Source of the DNA: Gracilinanus agilis
Taxonomy: Eukaryota
DNA length: 64,000 nt
NCBI RefSeq assembly: GCF_016433145.1
Contig: NC_058131.1
Span: forward strand, 528,880,264-528,944,263
Direction: 5' to 3'
Made by a program: the position numbers and the translations under genes. The notes beneath the pieces were generated by a model. It was not told the DNA's origin, searched no databases, and was given only the letters and a program-made list of their open reading frames with translations. Shown here one piece after another: positions 47,101 through 59,100 of the stretch (the stretch's first letter is position 1; each line of letters begins with the position of its first letter).

Positions 47101-50100
47101 TGAACTTCGGCATGAGGTGGAAGAACTGAGAAATAGTCTTCGGGGTCTTGCTGGAGAGATTGTGGGGGAGGTCAAGTGAGTACTAGATGGCTGACATTGC
47201 CAGGCAGCTCCTTTGGTTTTTGTTGCCTGTGCTAGGGCATGTTTCTTTTCTTTTCTTTTTCTCAAAGAACTTCTAATCCAGGATTAGAGTAGCACTCTGG
47301 GTTGGGCATTTGGGGACCTAGGTTTTGTTTTGTTTTGTTTTTTAAACCAGTTGATCTGTTTACATAAAATCCTGAATGGGCATTTAGCAAAAATCCCACT
47401 CCATTTACCAACCCAGGATAGTCCATGTAAGCTTGGAGTCATTAGAATAGACTACCCTTGAGAAAAGGGGAGCTGTTGAACTCATTCTCTTACAAGCATA
47501 GGTTTTTGGGACAGGCCTTTAGTGTATGTTGGTTGTTCTCTTCTCTCATTCTCCAAGAGTAGTAGTATGGGTAAAATAAATGTGGGTGGGATCCAGAATG
47601 GCTCCTACTTTGCAGGTCTCAAATGGAAGAAAACCAAAGAGTGACTCGGAGGAGAAGGTTTCCATTCAACAGGGAAAGAAGTGATTCCACTGCATCCAGC
47701 TCCATCTACTTCACTGCAAACTCTGGAACAGCTCTTACAGAAGGAGAGAGTGAGGGAGGGTGAGTCATGCGCTCCTAGACATAGGTAGGAGAGTCCATGG
47801 CACCCTAGCTGTGGTCTGCTGACAGTTTTAGTCACAAATCAGAGTTTTTAGGGACCATACAAGAATATACTTCTCAGGTTACTTTTGGCGGGGATGGGGA
47901 AACAAGTTTTATTGATGCTCTCCTAAAAACCTTGTTGTCACTTCCCAGAGACTCCCTTTCATCAAGACCTACTTTGTTACCAAAAAGTCCAAAAAAACCA
48001 GTTAGTGGGGGCAGCTAAGTGGCTCAGTGGATTGAGAACCAGGCCTAGAGGGTGGGGTATACTGTCCTGGTTTCAAATATGGCCTCAGACACTTCCTAGT
48101 TTTGTGTCCCTGGTCAAGTTACTTATCCCCCATTGCCTAGCCCTTACCTGTCTTCTGCCTCAGAATCAATATGTAATATTGATTCTAAGACAGAAGATAA
48201 AGGTAAAAAAAAAATAGTTAAGCAAAACAAATCACCAAATTGACCATTTCTGAAAATGTATTTTAGTTCTTATTCTACACTCCTCTACCTAGAGGTGACT
48301 GACATACTTTACAATCTTCTAAAGTTATGATTGGTCATTGAATTGATCTGAATTTTGAAGTCTTTAAATGTTTTTCCTTTTCATTATTGTGGTCATGGTT
48401 TAATTTTTTTCTCCTAGTTCTTCATTTGTTCACATACAAATCTTCCCAAATTTCTATAAATTCTTTCTATTCATAATTTCCTGTGGTGCCACAGTATCGC
48501 AGGTTAACATTTTATAATACCATACATGTGTCCCTTTCTCTGTGAATCAAAACTTCTTTCCATAGAAGACTTCACTGTGTTACCTTAACACTTTGTAGTG
48601 ACCAAAACTTATTCCTTTGGGATCTGGAGCAGTAGTACCTATTCATATGTTACATTGAGCCAAATTATAGGCAATACAGTGCACTGGGAAATAGCAGAGA
48701 GGCTAACAACTCTTTCTCCCGACTCATTCAAGGCTTAAAAAAAAGCAAACCATCATGTGGTTTGTGCAGCTAGGTGTCACAGTGGATCGAGCATGAGATT
48801 TGGAGTCAGGAAGATCTGATTCTGCCTCAGATAGACTCTGGGCAAGCCTTATAACCTCTTTCAGCCTCCTTTTCCTCATCTGTAAAGTAGAGATAATAGT
48901 ACCTACTTCACAGAGTTGTTTTGAGGATCAAATTAAGATCACATATAAAACACTTTGCAACCTTTAAAGCATTTTAAAACCTTAAATGGATGATGAAGGT
49001 GATAATGTTATGGATGCTTTAGTCCTAAAGATCAGGCCTGAATTTTGTGTCATGAAAAACCTTGAAGGTTTTTAAACCTTAATTAGATGATGATGGTGTG
49101 GACACTTAAGTCCTCAGGGCCAGTTCTAAATTTTGTGTCCTCTTTTCTTAGATTTGATATGGTTAATAGTAGAATCTGTCTTTGGTTCTTGCCCAATCTG
49201 GCAGTCCCGGTGGCCTACATTCAGTCTTGGAACGAACAGCCTCTTTTCTTTTGTGGCCTTTAATGATCTAAATTAAATTATGTTATGAACTTAATATTAA
49301 ACATCAGTATAACCAGTTAGACTTGCTTTGTAACTATTTACATTTAGATGAATTCTGACCCATAAATTATTGTAACATTTTAGTTGCTCCAGGATTTTTA
49401 TTGTTCATTCTCGTTCATATAACATTTTTAAATGTTGAACTTAAAGCACAAATAAAAATTTCCATATACATTGTAGAATAGGAAAAAAAGGAAGGTACAT
49501 GAGATTGTAAGTCTGCTTTTCTTTTGCTTTTCTTTTAAAATAATAAATTTAACATGTAACTTTCAAAGCTGTCCTGTTTGTGATTCTTTCTAATCTTCTG
49601 TTCTCTTCTGTACATTAAAAAAATACTTCAATGGCTCTGTTTTTCTTCATTATGGACTATCCCATCCCTAATTCCTCTCTCTTTCTCACTCCCCTTTCCC
49701 CAGTCCAACATAAATTGGAAAAATAAGAAGAAAAAAACTCTTGTAACAAATATGTAGTCAAGCAAAAAACAAAACAAAACTTCCTACTTTGGCTATCTGA
49801 AAATGTCAGTAACATTTATTAAGGACCTACTAAGTGCCAGACACTGTGCCAAGTGCCAGGGATACAGAGAAAGACAGAAAACAACTCATGCCCTCAAGGA
49901 GCCCAACAGTCTTAATGAAATGTATGTGGATAGCATTTTTCATTATCTTATCTTTTGGAATCTCAGTCATTGCATTGATTAAAGTTCTTAAGTTTTGTTT
50001 TTTAAACCCTTACCTTCTGTCTTAGAACTGATGTTAAAAAAAAAAATTGGACACCAGTTAAAAAGTTTTGCCAAGAAATTAGGAAAGAGTAAAATACAAA

Positions 50101-53100
50101 TTAAACAAGTCACTAGACTGGTCTTTTTTTCTTTCCTTTCTTCTTCTCTTCCTTTCTTTTTAAAAAACCCTGACCTTCCATCTTAGAATCAATTCTGTCT
50201 ATTAGTTCTAAGGCTCTTCTGCCTTAGAACTAATAAACAGAATTGTGGTTAGGGCTTGAAAGTGGGGATTAAGTGACTTGCCCAAGGCTACATAGATAGT
50301 AAGTATCTGAGGTCATATTTGAACCCAGGGCCTTCCATCTCCAGCCTGAATCTCAGTCCACTGAGCCACTTCGCTGCCCCCAAATTTGGTCTTTCTTACC
50401 CATTCTCTTGTTCGACTCTATCACTAGAGTTAGTAGCTTCTTTCTAGTTTTCTTCTGGAGCCTATGTGGGTAAGAAAAAAAGCTTGTGGGGAGTAAATCT
50501 CAGCAGTCCATTCTTGGAAAAAAATAGGTACTTGTGATGGAGGCCACTGCTCTTTGAGGAGTTCAAGAAACTTTTATCTATAAAAAATCATGTTTTCAAT
50601 GTCCTAGATTCCATTTGTTGGGAGCAGACTGATGGACAAAAGAGACAACAGGATGATGCCAACTTTCCTTTGCCCCCTTTCATGTCATACTAATGTTGGT
50701 ATCTGGGGTGATTTTTTTTTAAAGGCATCTGAAACATATTTTTAATGGCTTGAGCTGCCATTGTCTTGACAGACCCTTGTCATTTTCTATTTGTTGCCAT
50801 GATTGATTAAACTATACTTGTGACTGTGCCCTGAAGGTCTAGAGAGGTAGCCCTTCTTGCTTTGGTTGTTTGCCTAACACATCTGGATCATAACATGCTA
50901 CATGTTAGAAAATTAGTTTCTCTCTAGCACAGGCAGTAGATTAGAAAGAGCAAGGGATTTAGAAAATGGAAATCTCAGGTTTGAATTATGCCTCTATTAC
51001 TGTGTAACTCTGTGGCTTTAGGCAAGTCACTTAACCTTTCGACATTTCCACATCTGAAAAATGGGATCATACCTATACTACCTCTCTCACAGGGTTGTTG
51101 TACCAAAGTGCTTTATAAACTACAAAATAACATACAAATGGTATTCTAAATTTTTGTTATGTCAAATCACATTCTTGACAATAAAGATTAAAAATCTCTG
51201 GTGGACAATAGTAATGTATATTGTAATTTCCAAACTGCTTAGGGTACATAAGTGTTTTGGTGAGAAAGGAGGATTAATTATTTGGGAGTTTTGGTTTTAT
51301 AAGAGTATTCTTTTACAACATGGAAATGTTTTGCATGATAATACATGCATGACCCAGATTAAGTTGCTTACCATCCATCTCTGGGAAGGAGGAGGGAAGG
51401 GAACAAGGGAGACAATGTAGGTCTTATAACTTAAGAAAACTTATATGGAAAATTGTTATTACATATAATTGGTAAGATAAAATATCTTTAAAAAAAGGAG
51501 GAAGGAGGCTTAACGAGAGTGGAGTTGGACTGTGATGGTGGGGAAAACCTACAGATACAAATGCGAAGTTAGGTCCTAGAATTGAGTCATTTGGGAATTA
51601 ATAATCAAAGGTTGTCGATTCCAGGTAGGAAGAGTTAGCAGAGGGTCCTGACCAGCTGCTGAAAAATAAAGTCTTTTTTCTTCCAGTATCAAAAAATGTT
51701 AAGTGGCACAAAGTTGGATGATCAGAGAACTGGTTCCAAGAAACATTCTGTCATGAGTAATGTGAGGCTGGGGTAGCAGAGCCAGAGAGCCCATGTTGTG
51801 CATTTTGTTGACAATTGGAACCATGCCAAGAAAGCACAGCTCTGCCAAGAGTTCAGAAAATGGAATTTGGAACACCTAATGATGATTGTAAAAAGCTTTA
51901 CAAATAATTGCTTATTCTAAAGTCAATAAAAGTCAAAGTGGTTTACAAATTAGAATTATAGGAGAAAGATGACCAAAGGCCAAGGACATATTTACAGTGG
52001 CCTATCCCTTGGTAGCTGTCCAGGTGAGTTAACTGGTGTACCCTATGGTAGTAAATTTACCCTCAGGGAGTAGAGTCTCTCTATTGGCAGGAGTCCTTCT
52101 ATTGAGGGAAAATGTGGCTCTCTTGGAATTAGTTTGAATTGTTAGCAAGATGGCTGACCCTTTGGCTTATAGAATAAATTGGTCATTTGAAGCCAATGTG
52201 GTTTGATTTTTGGCCTGATATCCAAGGCAGTGGTCAGGAAGTGCTTCTACCAGTCGATGTACTTGGGCTGAAAGGGAGACTCTGGTGAGCAATTTCTTTC
52301 TTGGGATAGACCACAAACTTATGAATGACTTTGAATAATGAGAGCCAAGGGAAGATCCTTAGATATTATACATCATTTTTTCCTGTAAAGGGAATTGAGA
52401 GGATTTACTTAGATCATTTTAATCCTTCAAAAATGAACTCTTGTTGGTTCTAGGAATAATCGGGAAGGTAAGAGAGAAGTAGACTTACCCAGTGGTGGAC
52501 AGTAAGTGCATATTCATGGGCACTGCTAACCAGACTGCTTAAGTTCTTCTGTCTATTGAAATTCTATTTTTTCTTCAAGGCTATACTCAGATTTCATGTT
52601 TTCCATGAAGTCTTCCCAGATGATTCCAGTGTGAAGTGCTTTCCTGCCTCTGAACTTTGTAGCAGTTTATATCGCTTTTATGACATTAGCCATATTCTGA
52701 CTCTTACAAGTATCCCTTCCACATTGCAGGGGTAAGGGGTCAGTGCCCCCACAATCAGGAAAATGTGCATAAAATGTTTTGGCCTTCCCTTCTTAGCAGA
52801 AAAGATGTCTGAATTTTTTCTTTTTCTTTTATGGGATGTTTATAGTACTTCATATGAATTTATGAGTTACTAACATTTTTAAGATAGCTTTATATTTCTA
52901 GCCTTTGTGTGTCATCTGTTGGCTTTCATTTTTTTTTTTGTTTTGTTTTTATATTTTTAAACCTTTAACTTCTATGTATTAGTTCTTTGGTGGAAGAGTG
53001 GTAAGGGTAGGCAATGGGGGTCAAGTGACTTGCCTAAGGTCACACAGCTGGGAAGTGTCTGAGGCCAGATTTGAAACTAGGACCTCCTGTCTCTAGGCCT

Positions 53101-56100
53101 GGCTCTCAATCCACTGAGCTACCCAGCTGCCCATTGGCTTTCATTTTTTTTTGCAAAGGTTAATTTCTTATTTATTTTAATTTTAAAAAAGAAATTGTGT
53201 ATATTTATGGTATTAAAAGCTAAAACATGTTGATATCATACAATATTATGCATATATTTTATGCATTTCTGAGTTTTGAAATATTTTCTGTGTTGTCTGC
53301 TGGCTTTTGCCTGTCATCTGTGACTTCTGCAAAACTCCCCCATTTAATTTCTTATGCCAACTCAGGATATTATTGAAACATGATGGGGAAAGTTATGATG
53401 TGGAAGGATATCTGTATTTAGTTATTTTTGTACTTAGATTATCTCTCCTATTATGTTGAAAGCTTCTTGAGGGCAGGAACTGTGTCTTCATCATCTATCA
53501 CTGACAACGCTATATAGCATCTAGCATATAATAGATTTCCTTTTTTAAAAAATTGTAAACCTTTACCTTTTGTCTTAGAATCAGTAGCAAGTATTGATTT
53601 CAAATCAGAAGAACTAAAAGGGCCAGGCAATGGAGGTTAAATGACTTGCCCAGGGTCACACAGCTAGAAAATGTCTGAGCTATATTTGAACCCAGAACCT
53701 CCCAACTCCAGGCCTAGCTCTCTATCCTCTGAGCCAACCTAGTTTCCCCTACACAGTTGATTCTTGGTAATTATCTGTTAAGTGAATTGTTTTCTGTTGC
53801 TCAGGGTTCTTTAGTCTGCAGAACATGAATTTTAGGAGCTTTCATCACAAAGAAAATTATGGAGACAGGGCAGTACACCCAGAAAGTATTTTAATTTCCA
53901 CAGCGCTGATGTGACTAGTGAGACACTCCAGATTAAGCTGCTTTGTCCCAAAAAGTTCCCTTTATTTCCCAGGTAGTTACAGAAGCCTAAAGAAGAGGGC
54001 AGATATAGGAAGGAAGGAAGGAAGGAAGACCTTTTGTGTAAAACCTTATTGTACATTCAATCAAAGGCCCAAGAGGTATCATAAGGGACTTGGATATTGC
54101 CAAGTGTGCAGTAAGTGACAATGACAATGGCCTGTATGTAGTATCTATCAGAGACAGAATTGTTCCAAGAACACTAGTACTATTCTTGGTCTTCGGGGGC
54201 ACATAGAGACTGGTGTCAGCTGTTTGCTTTGCCGCTGTTTAACAAAATCCTGTGAAATTTCTCTTTCCAAAACCTTAGTATTTCTGACAAAAGTCTTTTG
54301 AGTTTCTCAAATTGCTTTTACTCATATGTAAACCCAGGCTGGTCTGGGCTCTCAATTCTAGCTTCGAAAGGAACTGAATATTTTGAGGTCTCTGGCATTG
54401 TTGGGACCTTACGGCCTTTCTTGACCTCTTGTTTTCCTGAATTCTTGTTTTCTTCAGATACGGTATGTCCCAGAAGCCAGTGTTTTCAAAACAGGCAGAG
54501 ACCATAATGGATTGTAGCATTTCATGACTTCCTGAATTTGAGAAAGTTAGCTCCTGGGTCAAGGTTGTTGAGATCCTGTTCATGGCTGTGACTCCATTCT
54601 CTGAGCACATGAGGAAACATGAACTTATATGCATCAGCTGGGTGGCCCCATCTTTTCACTAGGAGGATGCAGTCTCTAGGCTGCGCAGAAAGTTTATTGT
54701 CATAGTGACTATAGTCCAGGCCTGAATGTACCTAGATTATAGGGTGACAATTATGGAAGCAGTTGAACAAAGCTACTAACTACTGGGAGGGGTCTCAGAG
54801 TAATAGCTAATAGCATTTATATAATGCTTTCTTTTATATTTAGGTAGCCAACCGCCTCCACAGGGAAAGGATGGGTACATTTTCTCCTGCCTATTTAAAA
54901 CTCGGTCACCTATTCCCTTGCCCACCAAGGTGTTAATTTTAGAGACATATCTGCCTCTGATCTGCCGAATAAGGTGTTAGCACCTCTGAGGACAGTGTAT
55001 TCTCAGAGGGTTGTTTCCTGTATCCAATTAGTTGTCAGGGCCTGTAATTTTTACATCTCCTAAATCCTCCTCTTTCTCATCTCCTCTGACACTGCCAGCA
55101 CCCTTCATTGTCTCATGACTGGACTATCGCTGCTGGCTAATCTCTTGCTTCAAGCTTCTCCCCACTCTAGTCCACCTTCTCAGCTGTCAAACCAATATTC
55201 ACAAAGCATGGATCTCGTGTGTCAGCCCACCATCCAGTAAACTGTGGTGGTTCCTTATTGCCTCTAGGGTTAAATGTTAGATATTGGGCTTTTAAACCTG
55301 ATCCCTTCCTACCTTTTATGACTTCTTCCATTTTACTCCTCCTAAATACCCTGCAGTGCAGTGATACCAGCCTCCTTGTTGTTCTGTGCACATAGTGCTC
55401 CACCTCCCCCCTCTGGGACTTTTTTATTGGCTGCCTTTTAGCCTGGAACTCTGACTCTCGTCTCCACTTCTCAGCTTTCCTCAGGTCTCAGCCAAAGTGC
55501 AACTTTCTGCAAGAAGCCTTTTCCAGTCCTCTTTAATTTTCAGGTCTTCCCTCTGAAACTAGCCCCGGTTTATCCTCTGTAATATATTAAAACAAACAAA
55601 CAAACAAAAAAAACCCTTTACTTTCTGTCTTAGAATCAATACTAAGCATTAGTTTCAGGGCAGAAATGGGATAAGGGCTAGGCAGGTAGGATTAAGTGAC
55701 TTGCTCAGGGTCACACAGCTAAGAAGTGTTTGAAGCGAGACTTGAACCCAGTTCCTCCCAAACTTCAGACCTGGCTTTCTGTCTCCTGAGCCACCTGCTT
55801 GTCCTTATCCTGTATATGTCTAGCTATGTGTATGTGGTCTCTCCTGTTAGACTGGGAGCCCCTTCAGAGAAGGGACTGTTCTTTTCCCCCAGACTTGGCA
55901 CATGCCTGGCACATAATGGGCATTTTAGTACTTTTTTTTTTTTTAAACCCTTACCTTCCGTCATTGGCTCCAAGGCAGGAAGAATGATAAGGGTAGGCAA
56001 TAGGGGTCAAGTGACTTGCCCAGGAGCTGGGAAGTGTCTTGAGACCAGATTTGAACCTAGGACCTCCCGTCTCTAGGTCTGGCTCTCAATCCACTGAGTA

Positions 56101-59100
56101 ACTCAGCTTCCCCCGCATTTTAGTACTTTTTGACTGACTCTTCAGCAGTATTAGACATGAGATGCAGTAACTGTCCTTTTGGGGCATCCATTTCAGTGGG
56201 ACCTGGGGCACCTGTCTGCCTGAGGGACGTTGTCTAGTATGCTTTCTACTCTAGGTACACGACAGCCAATGCAGAGTCGGATTATGACTGGGAGACAGAA
56301 AAGGAAAGTGAGGAGGAGGAAGACGACGAAGTGAGCTGTGAGACAGTGAAGACAGGACGGCGGGACTCCGAGGACGAGGATTCCCCACAGCTGCCGGTGG
56401 ACTCTGCAGGTGGAGAGGATCTGGTCCTGCTGCTGCGGCAGGCAGATGAGCTGCATCAGGGCAACAAGCAGAACAAGCAGGAGGGCTTCCAGCGGCTCCT
56501 CAACAACAAACTAGTGGTAATGGTCCCTCCCCTCCCCGTCCTCTCTGGCCCCTGCCTCAGAGGGGCTGTGATGGAGGGCAGCCAGGCATGGGTAGTTCAG
56601 AAGGCGAGGTGTCCCCATATCAGGTGGGAGTCACAGTCAGAAATCCACTTCCAAGTGGGCTGAGCTGTCTGTGGTGGAAGTTGGGGTGGGGTGGAGACAT
56701 ACATGACTCATGTCCCCTCCTCCTGGAGCTTGCCCATCCCTTTTCACCTTAGCTTTCAGAAAGAAGAGGAGATTCTCACGTCTTCAGGTCTGGTACATAT
56801 GTGGTGCCTGAGAAAGCAGCTCTTTTTTTTTTTTAAATCCTTGCCTTCTGTTTTAGATTCAGTTCTAAGTATCTCTTCCAAGGCAGATAAATAGTAAGGG
56901 CTAGGCAATTGGGGTTAAGTGACTTGCCCAGGGTCACACAGCTAGGAAGTGTCTGAGGCCAGATTGGAACCCAAGACCTCTTCTCTCCAGAACTGGTGCT
57001 CTGTCCATTGTCCTACCCAGTAGCCCTTGGAAACAGTTCTTTTAAAAAAGCCCCAAACTGAAAAATGGGTAAAAAAGAAAAATAAGTGAAAAGTTTCCGC
57101 CATTCAGCAGGTGGAAAAAATTGTTAAAAAAATCTGGCATGCTTCTTTTGCCCTTAGTCCTCTGCTCCTTTCTGTGCCGTCTCCTGCCTCAGCATCTAGA
57201 GTCCAAGCTTCAGCCTTCTTGCTCCATTTGAAGAAAGATTAAAATACTAGCTAAAGAGGGCATTCTGAATCAAATTCCCCAGAAAATTACTATTCAGAGA
57301 AGAGTAATGAAACCAAAACACTCCATGAGAATACCAGGCTAAAATGCCACGCTGGTGCCTGGCATGGTCTCAGTTTCCCTGCCTCTGGCTTAGGCCTGGG
57401 ACCAGCAGCACTGGGTCTCTGTAGGCTGTTCTCTCCTGGGCCCCTGGACACCGTGCAGCGTTACAGGTTTGGAAAGACAGAGCTTCCATTTTGGGGTGGG
57501 AGGGTGAGGACCAGAATCAGCACTTTGAGATTTGGCCTTTTGGGATCATTAGCAAAATATTTAGCTAAAGGCATCCTCCATTTCATTAGCCCTGCCTGGG
57601 TTTGACACCCTCTTCCAGGGATCTCTGGGGAGAAAATGTCCTCCTTGTAGGGTACTACCTAGACCTTGTTAAGTACCATTTCTACCCCTCACCTGTTGAG
57701 GATGGTCCCATCAGGTAAGGGTTGTTGTGACATAGGCTTGGCAGCTCTGTGGCCTCATTTCTCACCCCCATCATAAGTGTCTCATGGCAGCTGGAGCAGG
57801 GGATCCCTCACCCAGGATGCAGCTCAAGAACTGCTTTCAACTCTTCTGTTCCATTCACAGTACGGAAGTCGACAAGATTTTCTGTGGCGCCTGGCCCGGG
57901 CCTACAGTGACATGTGTGATCTCTCCGAGGGGACAAATGAGAAAAAGTCGTACGCCCAGAGTGGTGAGCGCTTGCTTGGCTATGGAGGGGAAAGAAGGCT
58001 GACCTTGGGGGGTGCACTCAGAGCTGGAAGACTTCTAGGCTAATGCCTTTATCTGACTCAGGAGAGAAGTGAAGCCCAGAGAAGCTATAAGTTGCTCAGG
58101 GTCACACCAATAAGTAGGTGGCATGGCCTAACTGCAGGCCAGGCCTTCTGATCCTAAATCCAGTGAGCTTTCTGGCCCAAAGGACTGTGTCAGCAAGCAC
58201 ACTTGTGGTGCAGCCTGGCTGGCACCCATGAGGGCTCTCAGGATTTCAGGGAGCATGAGGCCAGCAGAGAGTTCAGCCGCTTCGGACCCTGCTTTCTGCC
58301 CCTGAGATGGTGGCAGTGCCTTGCGGGTAGCTGTCTTTAGTACCTGCATGTGGCACACATGAGCCAAACATTTCTGGAATACTGTTCTAAAAACAAATTT
58401 GGCTCCCCTATCATCATAGGCTTAGAGCTGGAGCAGGCCTCCCCCCCATTTTACAGTTGCAGAACCAGCATTCAAACTCAGGTCCTTTGAGTCCATGTTT
58501 AGTGCTCTTTCCCCCCATACCATTGCTTCTTCTATCCTTATATGTCTCCTGTCAAGTCCCTTCCTAGTCTTTAAATTCCACCTTAATGTTGTAAAATTCC
58601 AACTTAATGGAATCTTAACATGTTCCAATGTTACCTCTTTTTTTTTTTTTTTAAACCTTTTCCTTCCATCTTAGAATCAATCCTGTGTATTGGTTCCAGA
58701 GCAGAAGAGTGGTACAGGCTAGGCAATGGGGGTTAAGTGACTTGGCCAGGGTCACACAGCTAAGTGTCTGAGGCCATATTTGAATCCAGGACCTTCCATC
58801 TCTGGGCCTGGCTCTCAATCCACTGAGCCACCTTGCTGCCCCCACTCTTTTAATAATACTTTTCCTGATTCCCCCCACCCCTACCCTTCCTCTTACTTTT
58901 TGTATCTCTCCTCCCCACTGACATGAGAGAATTCACTCACTGATGCACTTTAGGTTCAGGTTTTCTAGTTATCAGATCTGTTGTTAATTATATCTTTCTA
59001 ATGGACTGTGACCTCCATAATGACAGGGCCAGTTCTTATCTAAACTGTATTAGTCAGTGCCCAAAGTGGGAGTGTGATAGTTATTTCAAATTCACTTTAA

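Noticed and set aside
54983-55009. 10-bp hairpin CCTCTGAGGA/TTCTCAGAGG
   Set aside because: Too short for a pre-miRNA, and it does not extend cleanly.
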